From positions 18,623-82,622 of the forward strand of contig JAXFQY010000039.1 in NCBI GenBank assembly GCA_034178705.1: DNA of 64,000 nucleotides. The letters run 5' to 3'. A model generated the notes under the pieces. It saw only the letters and a list, made by a program, of their open reading frames with translations. It did not search any database and had not been told where the DNA came from. Within the stretch, counting starts at the first letter, position 1, and each line of letters starts with the position of its first letter. Position numbers and translations under genes: made by a program. The DNA is from Eubacteriales bacterium (GTDB lineage: Bacteria > Bacillota > Clostridia > Oscillospirales > CAG-272). Shown here piece after piece: positions 1 through 10,427 of this stretch.

Positions 1-326
1 ATAAACGCAGCGTTTCCTCCCCTTTTCTGTACCTCGGCAACGACATGAAGCGCAACGGTTGTCTTACCGGAGGATTCCGGTCCGAAAATTTCCGTAATCC
101 TTCCGCGCGGAATTCCGCCGACACCGAGCGCACGGTCAAGTCCGATCGAACCGGTCGAAACGGCATTGACCTCCATTTTTGTGTTCTCCCCAAGCTTCAT
201 GATGGCGCCCTCGCCGTAGGACTTTGAAATATGTGACAGTACGGCGTCAAGCGCTTGTTTTTTCCCCTCTGTATCGGTAAGCTGTGAAGATGCAGATTTA
301 CCGGTTGGCTTTTTGGATGCTGCCAT
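1..326 (-). CDS. recA: RecA recombinase, 5' part only (the gene runs off the left edge of the window)
   Basis: Absent from the ORF track because it is truncated. My translation of the reverse strand from the ATG at 326..324 gives [109 protein letters not shown]. This is a canonical RecA N-terminus and includes the Walker A loop GPESSGKTT. Confidence 0.88.
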   Translation of the reverse strand, partial: MAASKKPTGKSASSQLTDTEGKKQALDAVLSHISKSYGEGAIMKLGENTKMEVNAVSTGSIGLDRALGVGGIPRGRITEIFGPESSGKTTVALHVVAEVQKRGGNAAF

Positions 327-394
327 GTCTTGTCCCTTTCTATGTTAAATAAATTGATGCTGAGAATTTCATTCCCGAAAGACAGCGAAAAAGG

Positions 395-961
395 TCAATA
401 GGTCGGCGTATCAAGCAGCCATTTTTCTCCGTCAAAACGCAGTGTCAGAACGGCATCCTCATCTTTTTCCCCGTTCGTTTCGGTTTCAATGCGGATTACC
501 ACCCGTTTGCTTCCGCTTTTTTCAATCGTCATGGTATCAAAAGAATAGGTTCTTTCCCCTGGGAGAATGGATTGGATATACCGATCCTGCATCAGCTGTC
601 CGAGGTCATCCTCGGTGAATCGCGGTAGAATGACGCCGACACTGTCTGTTATTCCGACAAACAACGTCTCAAAGATTCCCTCACAGTAGTCCGCCGTATA
701 GACAGCGCGTGCTGCCTCCTTCAGTTGATCGATCGTATCATATCTGCTTTTTTCTAAATCCACATAGCGGTAATCTGTTCCGGTAATCCCTTCCACCGTT
801 GGAAGTCCGTAGCCGAAAAAAATCTCGTTCAATTCCAGACTGTCGGTAATCAGTGCTTCGGCAATCGGCCTGATCTCTTCAAGAGTAGGTCCGCCGCAGG
901 AGGAAAACAGAATGGCCGTGCAGAGAAGAAACACACAAAAGAAAGCAAACTTAGCTTTCAT
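395..961 (-). CDS. Probable secreted lipoprotein, unknown function
   Basis: The 234-aa ORF (395..1099) is trimmed to the internal ATG at 961. This gives [25 protein letters not shown], a signal peptide ending in a lipobox-like Cys. The upstream part of the ORF overlaps the gyrA 3' end. With this start the overlap with the gyrA stop is only 11 nt. Confidence 0.6.
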   Translation of the reverse strand: MKAKFAFFCVFLLCTAILFSSCGGPTLEEIRPIAEALITDSLELNEIFFGYGLPTVEGITGTDYRYVDLEKSRYDTIDQLKEAARAVYTADYCEGIFETLFVGITDSVGVILPRFTEDDLGQLMQDRYIQSILPGERTYSFDTMTIEKSGSKRVVIRIETETNGEKDEDAVLTLRFDGEKWLLDTPTY

Positions 962-3509
962 TTCCGTTCTCCCCGGAATTTCCCGTATTCTCTCTGTTTT
1001 CAGTTTCCTTTGTCCCTGCTGTCGTTTCGCCGTCAGACAGAGCACTCTGCTCGGGGATTTCTTCTTGCTCCGGCTGATTTCCGTCGTGAACAACCGCAAA
1101 ATTGGAAATCACGGCATTCTCCGCTGTGCGCATGACAATAACACCGGCCGCGGAACGGCTGTACACCGGGATTTCATCCGCGTGTATACGGACAACCGTT
1201 CCGGTATCTGTAATCATCATAATGTCATCCTGCTCACCGACGGAAGCAATCCCGATCACCGGACCGGTTTTTTCGGTAATATTCTGACAGGTGACACCGT
1301 GCCCTCCACGATTTTTCATCTGGCGGAAATCGTCAAACGGTGTCCGCTTTCCGCATCCGCGCTCGGTTATGACAAGCAGACGTCGGTCGTCTGAGACAAG
1401 CGCAGCTCCGCAAACCGCATCCCCGTCTTCCAGGCGGATACCGATGACACCACGGGCGGTTCTTCCCATCGGACGGATTGTATCTCCACGGAAGCGCACG
1501 GCATTTCCCGAACGGGTCGCAATGACAAGCTCATCCTCATCCTCCATCTCTCCGGCATAGATCAGCTCGTCACCCTCATCCAACGAGAGGGCGCGCTTTC
1601 CGGTTTTTCTCTGATATTCGAATTCGCTCATCGGTGTGCGCTTGATAATGCCGTTTTTCGTAAGCATCAAAAGATATTTGTCCCCGAAACCGTTTACGGT
1701 AATCACACCGGAAAGCTTCTCCCCGTCTTCAAGCTCCAGCAGATTGCGGATGTTGGTTCCCTTTGCCGTTCTTCCTGCCTCCGGAATGAAATAAACCTTC
1801 TTGGTATATACCTTTCCTATGGAGGTAAAGAACATCATCAGCGAATGGCTGTCCGCCGTGACAACGTTCTCGATGAAGTCATCCTCCTTTGTCTGCATGC
1901 CGATAATTCCCTTTCCGCCACGGCGCTGGGCGGAATACGTATCGGCAGGCTGACGCTTGATGTATCCGGCATGCGTCATGGTTACAACACACCGATGCTT
2001 CGGAATCAGATCTTCCAGAACAATATCATCCTCGGATTCCACAATATCGGTCAGGCGCGGATCCCCGAACTTAGCCTTGATGGCCAGCAGCTCGTCCCGC
2101 ACAATGGAACGAACCTTTGTTTCGTCCCTGAGGATTTCTTCAAGCTCCGCGACAATACTCCGCAATTTTGCCAGTCTGTCCTCGATTTTCTGCCGTTCAA
2201 GTCCGGAAAGCTTTCCGAGCGTCATATCAACGATCGCCTGCGCCTGTGCCTCCGAAAGCGCAAACTCCGCCATAAGAGCTTCCCTTGCTGCCGGTATCGA
2301 CTCACTGTGCTTGATAATCTCAATGACACGGTCGATATTATCGATGGCGATTTTGTATCCCTCCAGAATATGCATCTCATGCAACGCTTTATCAAGGTCG
2401 AATTTTGTACGGCGCACAATAATTTCTTTCTGAAAGGAAATATATTGCTGAAGGATTTCCTTCAGGGAGAGAATCTTCGGTTCGCCGTTTACAATGGCAA
2501 GCATATTAACAGCAAAGGTATCCTGAAGCTGTGTATATTTATATAGCTGATTCAGTATCACCTGTCCGTTTGCATCTCTGCGGTATTCTATGACAATACG
2601 CATTCCCGCGCGTCCCGTCTCGTCACGCAGACCCGTGATTCCATCCACACGTTTTTCCTTGTGCAGATCCGCAATGCTTTTGACCAGCATTGCCTTATTG
2701 ACCGCATACGGGATTTCGGTTATGATAATACGATGCTTTTCCTCGTCAATCTGCGCGCGGGCGCGGACAGAAATATGCCCCTTTCCCGTCGCATATGCCG
2801 CATAAATGCCCGATGTTCCGTATATCGTTGCCTTTGTCGGAAAATCGGGTCCCTTGATATACTGCATGATCTCATTCAGATCCGCCTCCGGATTGTCAAG
2901 CAAACAGACAACCCCGTCGATGACCTCTCCAAGGTTGTGGGGCGGGATATTCGTCGCCATACCGACAGCGATACCGACCGAGCCGTTGACAAGCAGATTC
3001 GGAAAGCGCGAGGGAAGAACCGTCGGCTCCTTCAGCTTGTTGTCATAGTTCGGAACAAAGTCGACAACATTTTTTTCAATGTCCATCATCATATAGTCGG
3101 AGATTTTCGCAAGACGCGCCTCGGTATAACGGTAGGCAGCGGCACCGTCTCCGTCGACATTACCGAAGTTACCGTGTCCTTCCACCAGCGGATACCGGAG
3201 CGAGAAGGACTGAGCCATGCGAACCATCGATTGATAGACCGCGCTGTCCCCGTGCGGATGATACCGCCCGAGCACATTTCCGACGGTAGTTGCCGACTTG
3301 CGGAACGGCTTATCGCTTGTAAGGTGATCCTCATACATCGCGTAGAGAATGCGGCGCTGACCCGGCTTCATACCGTCCCGAACGTCAGGCAGAGCACGAC
3401 TTGTAATGACACTCATGGAGTAATCTATAAAAGACTTCTTTACCTCCGCCTCCATTGCGATGGGGACAATTTTCTGATTGGAATAGTCAAGCTCATGATT
3501 GTGTTCCAT
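951..3509 (-). CDS. gyrA: DNA gyrase subunit A
   Basis: 852-aa ORF. The N-terminus [35 protein letters not shown] and the catalytic-Tyr region [11 protein letters not shown] are typical of GyrA. It has a C-terminal beta-pinwheel region followed by an acidic tail. It lies directly downstream of gyrB. Confidence 0.97.
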   Translation of the reverse strand: MEHNHELDYSNQKIVPIAMEAEVKKSFIDYSMSVITSRALPDVRDGMKPGQRRILYAMYEDHLTSDKPFRKSATTVGNVLGRYHPHGDSAVYQSMVRMAQSFSLRYPLVEGHGNFGNVDGDGAAAYRYTEARLAKISDYMMMDIEKNVVDFVPNYDNKLKEPTVLPSRFPNLLVNGSVGIAVGMATNIPPHNLGEVIDGVVCLLDNPEADLNEIMQYIKGPDFPTKATIYGTSGIYAAYATGKGHISVRARAQIDEEKHRIIITEIPYAVNKAMLVKSIADLHKEKRVDGITGLRDETGRAGMRIVIEYRRDANGQVILNQLYKYTQLQDTFAVNMLAIVNGEPKILSLKEILQQYISFQKEIIVRRTKFDLDKALHEMHILEGYKIAIDNIDRVIEIIKHSESIPAAREALMAEFALSEAQAQAIVDMTLGKLSGLERQKIEDRLAKLRSIVAELEEILRDETKVRSIVRDELLAIKAKFGDPRLTDIVESEDDIVLEDLIPKHRCVVTMTHAGYIKRQPADTYSAQRRGGKGIIGMQTKEDDFIENVVTADSHSLMMFFTSIGKVYTKKVYFIPEAGRTAKGTNIRNLLELEDGEKLSGVITVNGFGDKYLLMLTKNGIIKRTPMSEFEYQRKTGKRALSLDEGDELIYAGEMEDEDELVIATRSGNAVRFRGDTIRPMGRTARGVIGIRLEDGDAVCGAALVSDDRRLLVITERGCGKRTPFDDFRQMKNRGGHGVTCQNITEKTGPVIGIASVGEQDDIMMITDTGTVVRIHADEIPVYSRSAAGVIVMRTAENAVISNFAVVHDGNQPEQEEIPEQSALSDGETTAGTKETENRENTGNSGENGNES

Positions 3510-3606
3510 TTATTCTTCCTTTTCCATTACCGGCAGACGAAGGATTCTTCACCTTCTTTTTGCCGCATTTCTCATCTTTCAACAAATAAAATTGGTATCT
3601 CTGATT

Positions 3607-3739
3607 TGTCGAAAAAAGTTTTCTAAAGAGGAAAACCGGCTTGGATCATCGGTTTCAACAGAGTTTTCAACAGGTTGTTGAAAACTTTTGAACAAGAGTT
3701 TTCAACAGATTGTCGAAAACTATTTTTTCTGTTGAGAAC
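3607..3739. promoter_or_regulatory. Cluster of eight TGTYGAAAAC / GTTTTCRACA 10-mers in the gyrB-gyrA spacer (candidate DnaA-box cluster or Spo0A-type operator array)
   Basis: Plus-strand copies: 3607-3616 tgtcgaaaaa, 3676-3685 tgttgaaaac, 3711-3720 tgtcgaaaac, 3730-3739 tgttgagaac. Reverse-orientation copies: 3651-3660 ggtttcaaca, 3663-3672 gttttcaaca, 3685-3694 cttttgaaca, 3698-3707 gttttcaaca. Positions 3663-3685 form a perfect 10-bp inverted repeat with a 3-bp spacer. Confidence 0.5.
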
Positions 3740-3740
3740 T

Positions 3741-5744
<2,004 letters not shown>

Positions 5745-5869
5745 TTAACGATCATTCTTGCTTCATTACTTTTCAACGGCAGTTTGGTTTAACATCGGAA
5801 AAGCTTTGCCTTTTCTGAAAGAAAAAATAAGCTAAAAGATCTTTTCCTCTGCTTTTTTGTTTTTTATTC

Positions 5870-6172
5870 TTATCCGATTTCCTCTTCACATCTGGATTTG
5901 AGAGCGGAAGCACTGATTTGGGAAAAAAGTACACGCGAGTGGGAAAAAAGCTCTGAGGGCTTCTGATAAGCAGTTTTTTTTCGCGGTGATATATCCGCAA
6001 ACAGAATAAAAGACTTCGGCAGCTCTTCAGCAGCGGATTCAACTTTGCCTGCATGCTCCGAACGGCGCAAAAAGTTTTTTGTATCCTCTCCGCGGCTGGC
6101 TGTATCAAGATCAAAAATTCCGATAACAGAACCACTGCGCAGAATACGGTTATTACCCGCATGTAAATACAT
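5870..6172 (-). CDS. DUF370 protein (RemB/YaaB-like)
   Basis: The 137-aa ORF is trimmed to the ATG at 6172, which is preceded by an aggag RBS. MYLHAGNNRILRSGSVIGIFDLD resembles the B. subtilis YaaB/RemB N-terminus. Its position between recF and gyrB is the conserved Bacillota position for this gene. Confidence 0.75.
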   Translation of the reverse strand: MYLHAGNNRILRSGSVIGIFDLDTASRGEDTKNFLRRSEHAGKVESAAEELPKSFILFADISPRKKTAYQKPSELFSHSRVLFSQISASALKSRCEEEIG

Positions 6173-6209
6173 AAAAATCTCCTTTTTCAATGCTGAAACT
6201 GCCAAAAAA

Positions 6210-7337
6210 TTAATTGATTTCAGTAAAAACACCGTTCTTGGCATGAATGATTTTACAGGAAGCAAGCCCTGCATCAGCCTCACAGGTGGTTATGATATAC
6301 TGTTTGTCTGCAACACGATCAAACAGATATTTTCTTCTTTCTGCGTCCAGTTCGCTTAAAACATCGTCAAAAAGAAAGACGGGATGCTCCCCGGTCAGCT
6401 CCCGGCAGATTTCTCCTTCCGCAAGCTTAAGGGAAAGCACCGCGGTTCTTTGTTGTCCCTGACTGCCCCACTGACGGAGAGGAACTCCGTTGATTTTCAG
6501 AATCAGATCATCGCGGTGAGGGCCGCGCTGCGTGGATCCTGCGGAAAGATCACGGTCAAGCCCCGCTTCCAGCAATCTGAGATACTCCTGCTCGCTATCC
6601 GCAAAATTGTGAGGATCCGGTACATCACAGGAATACTGAATACGCAGACGTTCGGTATTTTCGCTCATTTCCGACATAATAAACTCTGCATGCGGGGAAA
6701 GCTTTTCAATATATTCCGCCCGGCGCTGTGCAATTTTTGCCGCAAAACGGGCAAGCTGCGCATTCCATACCGGTATATTTTCCAATAATCTCTCCCTCTG
6801 AGCACCGGAAATCCCGGAAACGCCGATTTTTTTGATCAGTGCATTCCGATTTTCAAGCGCCATTGTATAGTTTCCGAGAAGATAGACATAATCGCGAGAA
6901 AGCTGAGAAATTGCGATATTCATAAATTCTCTTCTCTCGGAAGGAGAACCCTTTACAATACCGAGATGGTCCGGACAGAACAAAACAGCACGGAAATGGG
7001 AAATCATTTCAATATTCCGTTCCAGCTTAACACCGTTCAGATATCGTTTTGTTTTTTTATCCGTATGTTCAAGAAGAAGCTCTTCCTCTCTTTGTGCGTC
7101 AGTATACTCGTTCTTAACGGTAAAAAACGTATCCCCGCTTCGTATAAGCTCCCTGTCCGGAGTTCCGCGAAAACTTCTTCCCCGTGCAAAAATATAGATT
7201 GCTTCGAGAAGATTGGTCTTTCCCTGCGCATTTCTACCGAAGATAACATTGACTCCGGGCGAAAAACTGACTTCGGCATTCTCAATATTACGATAACTGC
7301 GCAGGGTCATTTTCCGGCAATACACGGCGTCAGTCAC
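6210..7337 (-). CDS. recF: DNA replication and repair protein RecF
   Basis: 375-aa ORF with Walker A GRNAQGKTNLLEAI, an SMC-like signature region SQGQQRT and Walker B LFDDVLSELD. It follows dnaN. An alternative start at 7310 (MTLRSYRNIE) would remove the 8-nt overlap with dnaN. Confidence 0.9.
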   Translation of the reverse strand: MTDAVYCRKMTLRSYRNIENAEVSFSPGVNVIFGRNAQGKTNLLEAIYIFARGRSFRGTPDRELIRSGDTFFTVKNEYTDAQREEELLLEHTDKKTKRYLNGVKLERNIEMISHFRAVLFCPDHLGIVKGSPSERREFMNIAISQLSRDYVYLLGNYTMALENRNALIKKIGVSGISGAQRERLLENIPVWNAQLARFAAKIAQRRAEYIEKLSPHAEFIMSEMSENTERLRIQYSCDVPDPHNFADSEQEYLRLLEAGLDRDLSAGSTQRGPHRDDLILKINGVPLRQWGSQGQQRTAVLSLKLAEGEICRELTGEHPVFLFDDVLSELDAERRKYLFDRVADKQYIITTCEADAGLASCKIIHAKNGVFTEIN

Positions 7338-8472
7338 TCAGTTTGACCGGCATCACAAGGAAAAACTGTTTTTTCTTTTCATCTTTCTCCGTGGGCATAA
7401 CATACATACTGGTGCGCGGTCCCTTTAGTTTCATTGTCACATTGTCGCAATCAAGGGCACGGAGAACATCAATCAGAAAACGGCAGGTAAAACCGATCTC
7501 CAGCTCCTCCCCACTGTATTCGCACGGCAGCTCATCGTTGATCTGCCCGGAAAGAGAGGTAGACGAAATTTTCAGAAGATTATCGGAAAAATGCAGACGC
7601 AGATGGCTGCGCGTGGAGCTGACACTCTTTTTTTCGGAAATCAGCGCCGCCCGCTCAAGACATTCGAGAAAGGCAACCCGATTGATTTTCACCGTAATCG
7701 GCATATCCCCCTGAATAATCCGCTCATAATCCAGGTATTTCATATCGATCAGGCGGGAGAAAAAGATCAGATCTCCAATGACAAATACAACATGCTTTTT
7801 TGCCGGCTTGATCGTCATCAGATCCTCCTCATCATCCGAGAGGATTTTCTGAAGCTCATTCAGGGACTTTCCGGGAATGATCATATTGATCTCACTGGGG
7901 AGATCGGCATTGATTTTCGTATAATACTCGCACTTGGAGAGCGTAAAGGTATTGCACGCTACCATTGTAAGAAGATTTTCCCGGATCTGAAGATATCCGC
8001 CGCACAGCTCGGGGTGGTTGCTGTCTGTCTGGGCAATCGAATGGGCGGTAGATCCCATTATCGTTTTCAGAATGCTTTGTTCGATTACAAATCCCCATTC
8101 CCCATCCAGTTCCGGGGGTGTCGGAAATTCCTTTCCGTTCAGCGCCCTCATCGTATAACAAACACGGTTGCACCGCAGATGTGCTGTCATTTTTTCATTG
8201 ACTGACAACTCAATCTCATTTTCCGGCATAACGCGCACATACTGATAAAAATCCTGGGCATTTACGATATAAGAACCCGGCTCGATGACCTGTGCGGCAA
8301 CATTTGCCCGGACTCCTTTATCCATATCGTAGGTCATAACACGGCATCGGCCGTCCTCAGATGCTTCAATTAATACCCCTTCAAGAGAGGTAAAGGTATT
8401 CTTGCTTGAAACACAACCCATTGCCGGGGTCAGCGCCGCAAGCAGCTTGACCTTATCAAAAATTATTTTCAT
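7330..8472 (-). CDS. dnaN: DNA polymerase III beta sliding clamp
   Basis: The 435-aa ORF is trimmed to the ATG at 8472 (MKIIFDKVKLLAALTP), which is preceded by an aaggag RBS. The product is 380 aa and ends in LVMPVKLSD, typical of DnaN. The discarded N-terminal extension is a translation of origin repeats (poly-Leu from CTG/CTA trinucleotides). Confidence 0.92.
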   Translation of the reverse strand: MKIIFDKVKLLAALTPAMGCVSSKNTFTSLEGVLIEASEDGRCRVMTYDMDKGVRANVAAQVIEPGSYIVNAQDFYQYVRVMPENEIELSVNEKMTAHLRCNRVCYTMRALNGKEFPTPPELDGEWGFVIEQSILKTIMGSTAHSIAQTDSNHPELCGGYLQIRENLLTMVACNTFTLSKCEYYTKINADLPSEINMIIPGKSLNELQKILSDDEEDLMTIKPAKKHVVFVIGDLIFFSRLIDMKYLDYERIIQGDMPITVKINRVAFLECLERAALISEKKSVSSTRSHLRLHFSDNLLKISSTSLSGQINDELPCEYSGEELEIGFTCRFLIDVLRALDCDNVTMKLKGPRTSMYVMPTEKDEKKKQFFLVMPVKLSD

Positions 8473-8546
8473 AAAATACTCCTTTAAGTATGATCGAATT
8501 TTTAAGAATGAACAACTTGAGACTGCTGTTTTTGGGATTGCTTTTC

Positions 8547-8574
8547 TGTAATATAGTGTAATAGATAATAAAAA
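8547..8574. other. AT-rich candidate DNA unwinding element
   Basis: tgtaatatagtgtaatagataataaaaa is 24/28 A/T. It lies immediately on the dnaN-proximal side of the trinucleotide array. Confidence 0.5.
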
Positions 8575-8592
8575 TAGCAGCAGTAGCAGTAG
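8566..8592 (-). repeat. DnaA-trio-like phased trinucleotide array
   Basis: The plus strand reads TAA TAA AAA TAG CAG CAG TAG CAG TAG, nine phased triplets with an invariant central A. It is followed by GGG (8593-8595) and two abutting CGTTGAA repeats (8597-8613). Confidence 0.55.
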
Positions 8593-8815
8593 GGGTCGTT
8601 GAAGCGTTGAAATGTATCGGGAAACCTTGAAAGACAAGCTGTGTAGGGTGTTGAAGAAAGAGTAGAAAAAAGAAAGATTTCGGATAGCTTCAACAGCGGG
8701 GAAAAATGCTTTCGCAAAAACTGTCGGGTAATACCGGTTTTCTTCAACAAAGTTTTGAACATTGACTGTTGAAAACTTTGAAAACTAAAGAAAAATAAAA
8801 TCGGTTATCGGTCAA

Positions 8816-10198
8816 TCAACCGCGGATTTCCGAGACAAGCTCCTTGATTTCATCTTCAAAAAGAGGGTCTCCCGCAATTTGCTCTTCAATCTTGGCAAGA
8901 CTGTGATGAATGGTTGCGTGGGATCTTCCGAACATATTTCCGATAGCGATCATGGAAAGATCGGTGAGGGAGCGAAGCAGATAGATGGCAACATTACGGG
9001 CATTTACGGTATTGGCAGCCTGACTTTTTCCTTTCAGCTCGGCAGCGGAAATGGAATATTTTCTGGCAACCGCTTCAATGATTTTATCGCTGACAAGATT
9101 CTGCGGCTCGCTTTCGGTAAGAAGATCGGAAATGGCGGCGCGGGCGGTTTCCAGCTGGATTCCGGTTCCGTCCAGAAAGGAAAGCGCCGCGATTTTCTTT
9201 ATGGCGCCCTCTACCTGACGAATATTGGATTTCAGGCGATCTGCCATATAGGTTACAACTTCGCTTGACAGTTCAATATGCAGATTTTTTGCCTTCTGTT
9301 TAATGATTGCCATGCGCAGTTCGATATCCGGAGGCTGAATATCCGCGATCATGCTTTGCTCAAATCGGGTACGGAGCCGCTCCTCAAGAGGATTGATATC
9401 CTTCGGGGGTTTATCGCTTGTAAAGATAATCTGCTTGTTATCCTCATAAAGAAAATTAAAAGTATGGAAGACCTCCTCCTGAACGGAAGTTTTATTCGCA
9501 ATAAACTGAATATCATCGATAATCAGAATATCAGCGCGGCGGAATTTTTCGCGGAATTCCGGTGTGCGCTTGAACTGAATCGCCTCAATAAGCTGATTTG
9601 TAAAATCCTCGCCGCTGATGTAAATCAGGGAGACATCCGGAAAACACCGCTCCACCATGTTTTTGATGGAATACATCAGATGCGTCTTTCCGAGACCGCT
9701 CGGACCGTAGATAAAAAGCGGATTGTACATGTCCCCGATATGGTCGTAATCCTTATCACCTGCATTGCTTGCCACAGCATAGCATGCCGCATAGGCAAGT
9801 TTGTTTGAGGAACCCTGTACAAAGTTCTCAAAGGTGAATTCTGCTGTTTTACTTCCCGGTATATTTCCGGGAAGGGAGCTGTTTTTCTCTTCTCGGCGAT
9901 TTTCTTCTTCCTCTCGGCGGGTAACCGTCTGCGCTGTCAGAGTCGGATCGCCGGTGAATTCAATTTTGATCCGGAAACCGAGAAGTCCTTCTATCGTTTC
10001 GGCAATTTCCTCTGCGTATTTTCCTTGTACGACTCCGCGTTTGAAATCATTCTCGATATAGAGAAGCACGCGGTTTTCATCCAGATCGAGAATCTTGCAG
10101 TCCTCAAACCAAAGACCGACAAAGGTGGAGCTGTATTTTTCACGCAGCTTTTCAACAACAAGCTGCCAGATTCCGCTCAGATCCCCGGAGGCATTCAT
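8816..10198 (-). CDS. dnaA: Chromosomal replication initiator DnaA
   Basis: 460-aa ORF with Walker A YGPSGLGKTHL, Walker B ILIIDDIQF, sensor/box VII region RLRTRFEQSMIADIQPPD and a C-terminal HTH domain. The domain IV signature is atypical (FGRSHATIHHS instead of [9 protein letters not shown].H). Confidence 0.95.
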   Translation of the reverse strand: MNASGDLSGIWQLVVEKLREKYSSTFVGLWFEDCKILDLDENRVLLYIENDFKRGVVQGKYAEEIAETIEGLLGFRIKIEFTGDPTLTAQTVTRREEEENRREEKNSSLPGNIPGSKTAEFTFENFVQGSSNKLAYAACYAVASNAGDKDYDHIGDMYNPLFIYGPSGLGKTHLMYSIKNMVERCFPDVSLIYISGEDFTNQLIEAIQFKRTPEFREKFRRADILIIDDIQFIANKTSVQEEVFHTFNFLYEDNKQIIFTSDKPPKDINPLEERLRTRFEQSMIADIQPPDIELRMAIIKQKAKNLHIELSSEVVTYMADRLKSNIRQVEGAIKKIAALSFLDGTGIQLETARAAISDLLTESEPQNLVSDKIIEAVARKYSISAAELKGKSQAANTVNARNVAIYLLRSLTDLSMIAIGNMFGRSHATIHHSLAKIEEQIAGDPLFEDEIKELVSEIRG

Positions 10199-10235
10199 GC
10201 GGGCATTCTCCTTTATATATATAATAAGTATCTAA

Positions 10236-10264
10236 ATTATATCATAGTATCGGATATATTTCAA
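10236..10264 (-). promoter_or_regulatory. Predicted sigma-A promoter of dnaA
   Basis: The minus strand reads TTGAAA (10264-10259), a 17-nt spacer, then TATAAT (10241-10236), with TG at the extended -10 position. It lies about 40 nt upstream of the dnaA ATG. Confidence 0.5.
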
Positions 10265-10347
10265 GGGATTATGGGAAAAAAGCAATTTCAGAAAAACAGG
10301 GAGAATTCTTTTCTGTCGGGGGTTTTGGAAAAACCCTGTCTGCCCCC

Positions 10348-10376
10348 TTGAATTGTTGCATCTTTCATGTTATACT
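10348..10376 (+). promoter_or_regulatory. Predicted sigma-A promoter of the sugar-kinase gene
   Basis: TTGAAT (10348-10353), a 17-nt spacer, then TATACT (10371-10376), about 50 nt upstream of the ATG at 10428. Confidence 0.4.
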
Positions 10377-10427
10377 ACCGTTGAATCAGTCTGTACATAT
10401 AAAAATTAAACAGGAAGGATTATAGAT

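Larger units (their letters stand above)
8473..8815 (-). other. Candidate chromosomal replication origin (oriC, dnaA-dnaN spacer)
   Basis: 343-bp non-coding spacer in the conserved Bacillota oriC position. It contains box-like repeats, a GC clamp, a trinucleotide array and an AT-rich element in the order known from the B. subtilis unwinding module (details in findings). Confidence 0.65.

Noticed and set aside
8473-8637. The N-terminal 55-codon extension of the dnaN ORF. Analogous extensions occur on pgm (44863-45165), htpG (47208-47534), mreC (33193-33345) and the lipoprotein ORF (962-1099).
   Set aside because: The extensions have no RBS and read as junk (poly-Leu, or Arg-rich). They overlap upstream genes or regulatory DNA, and internal starts with good RBSs reproduce the canonical N-termini.
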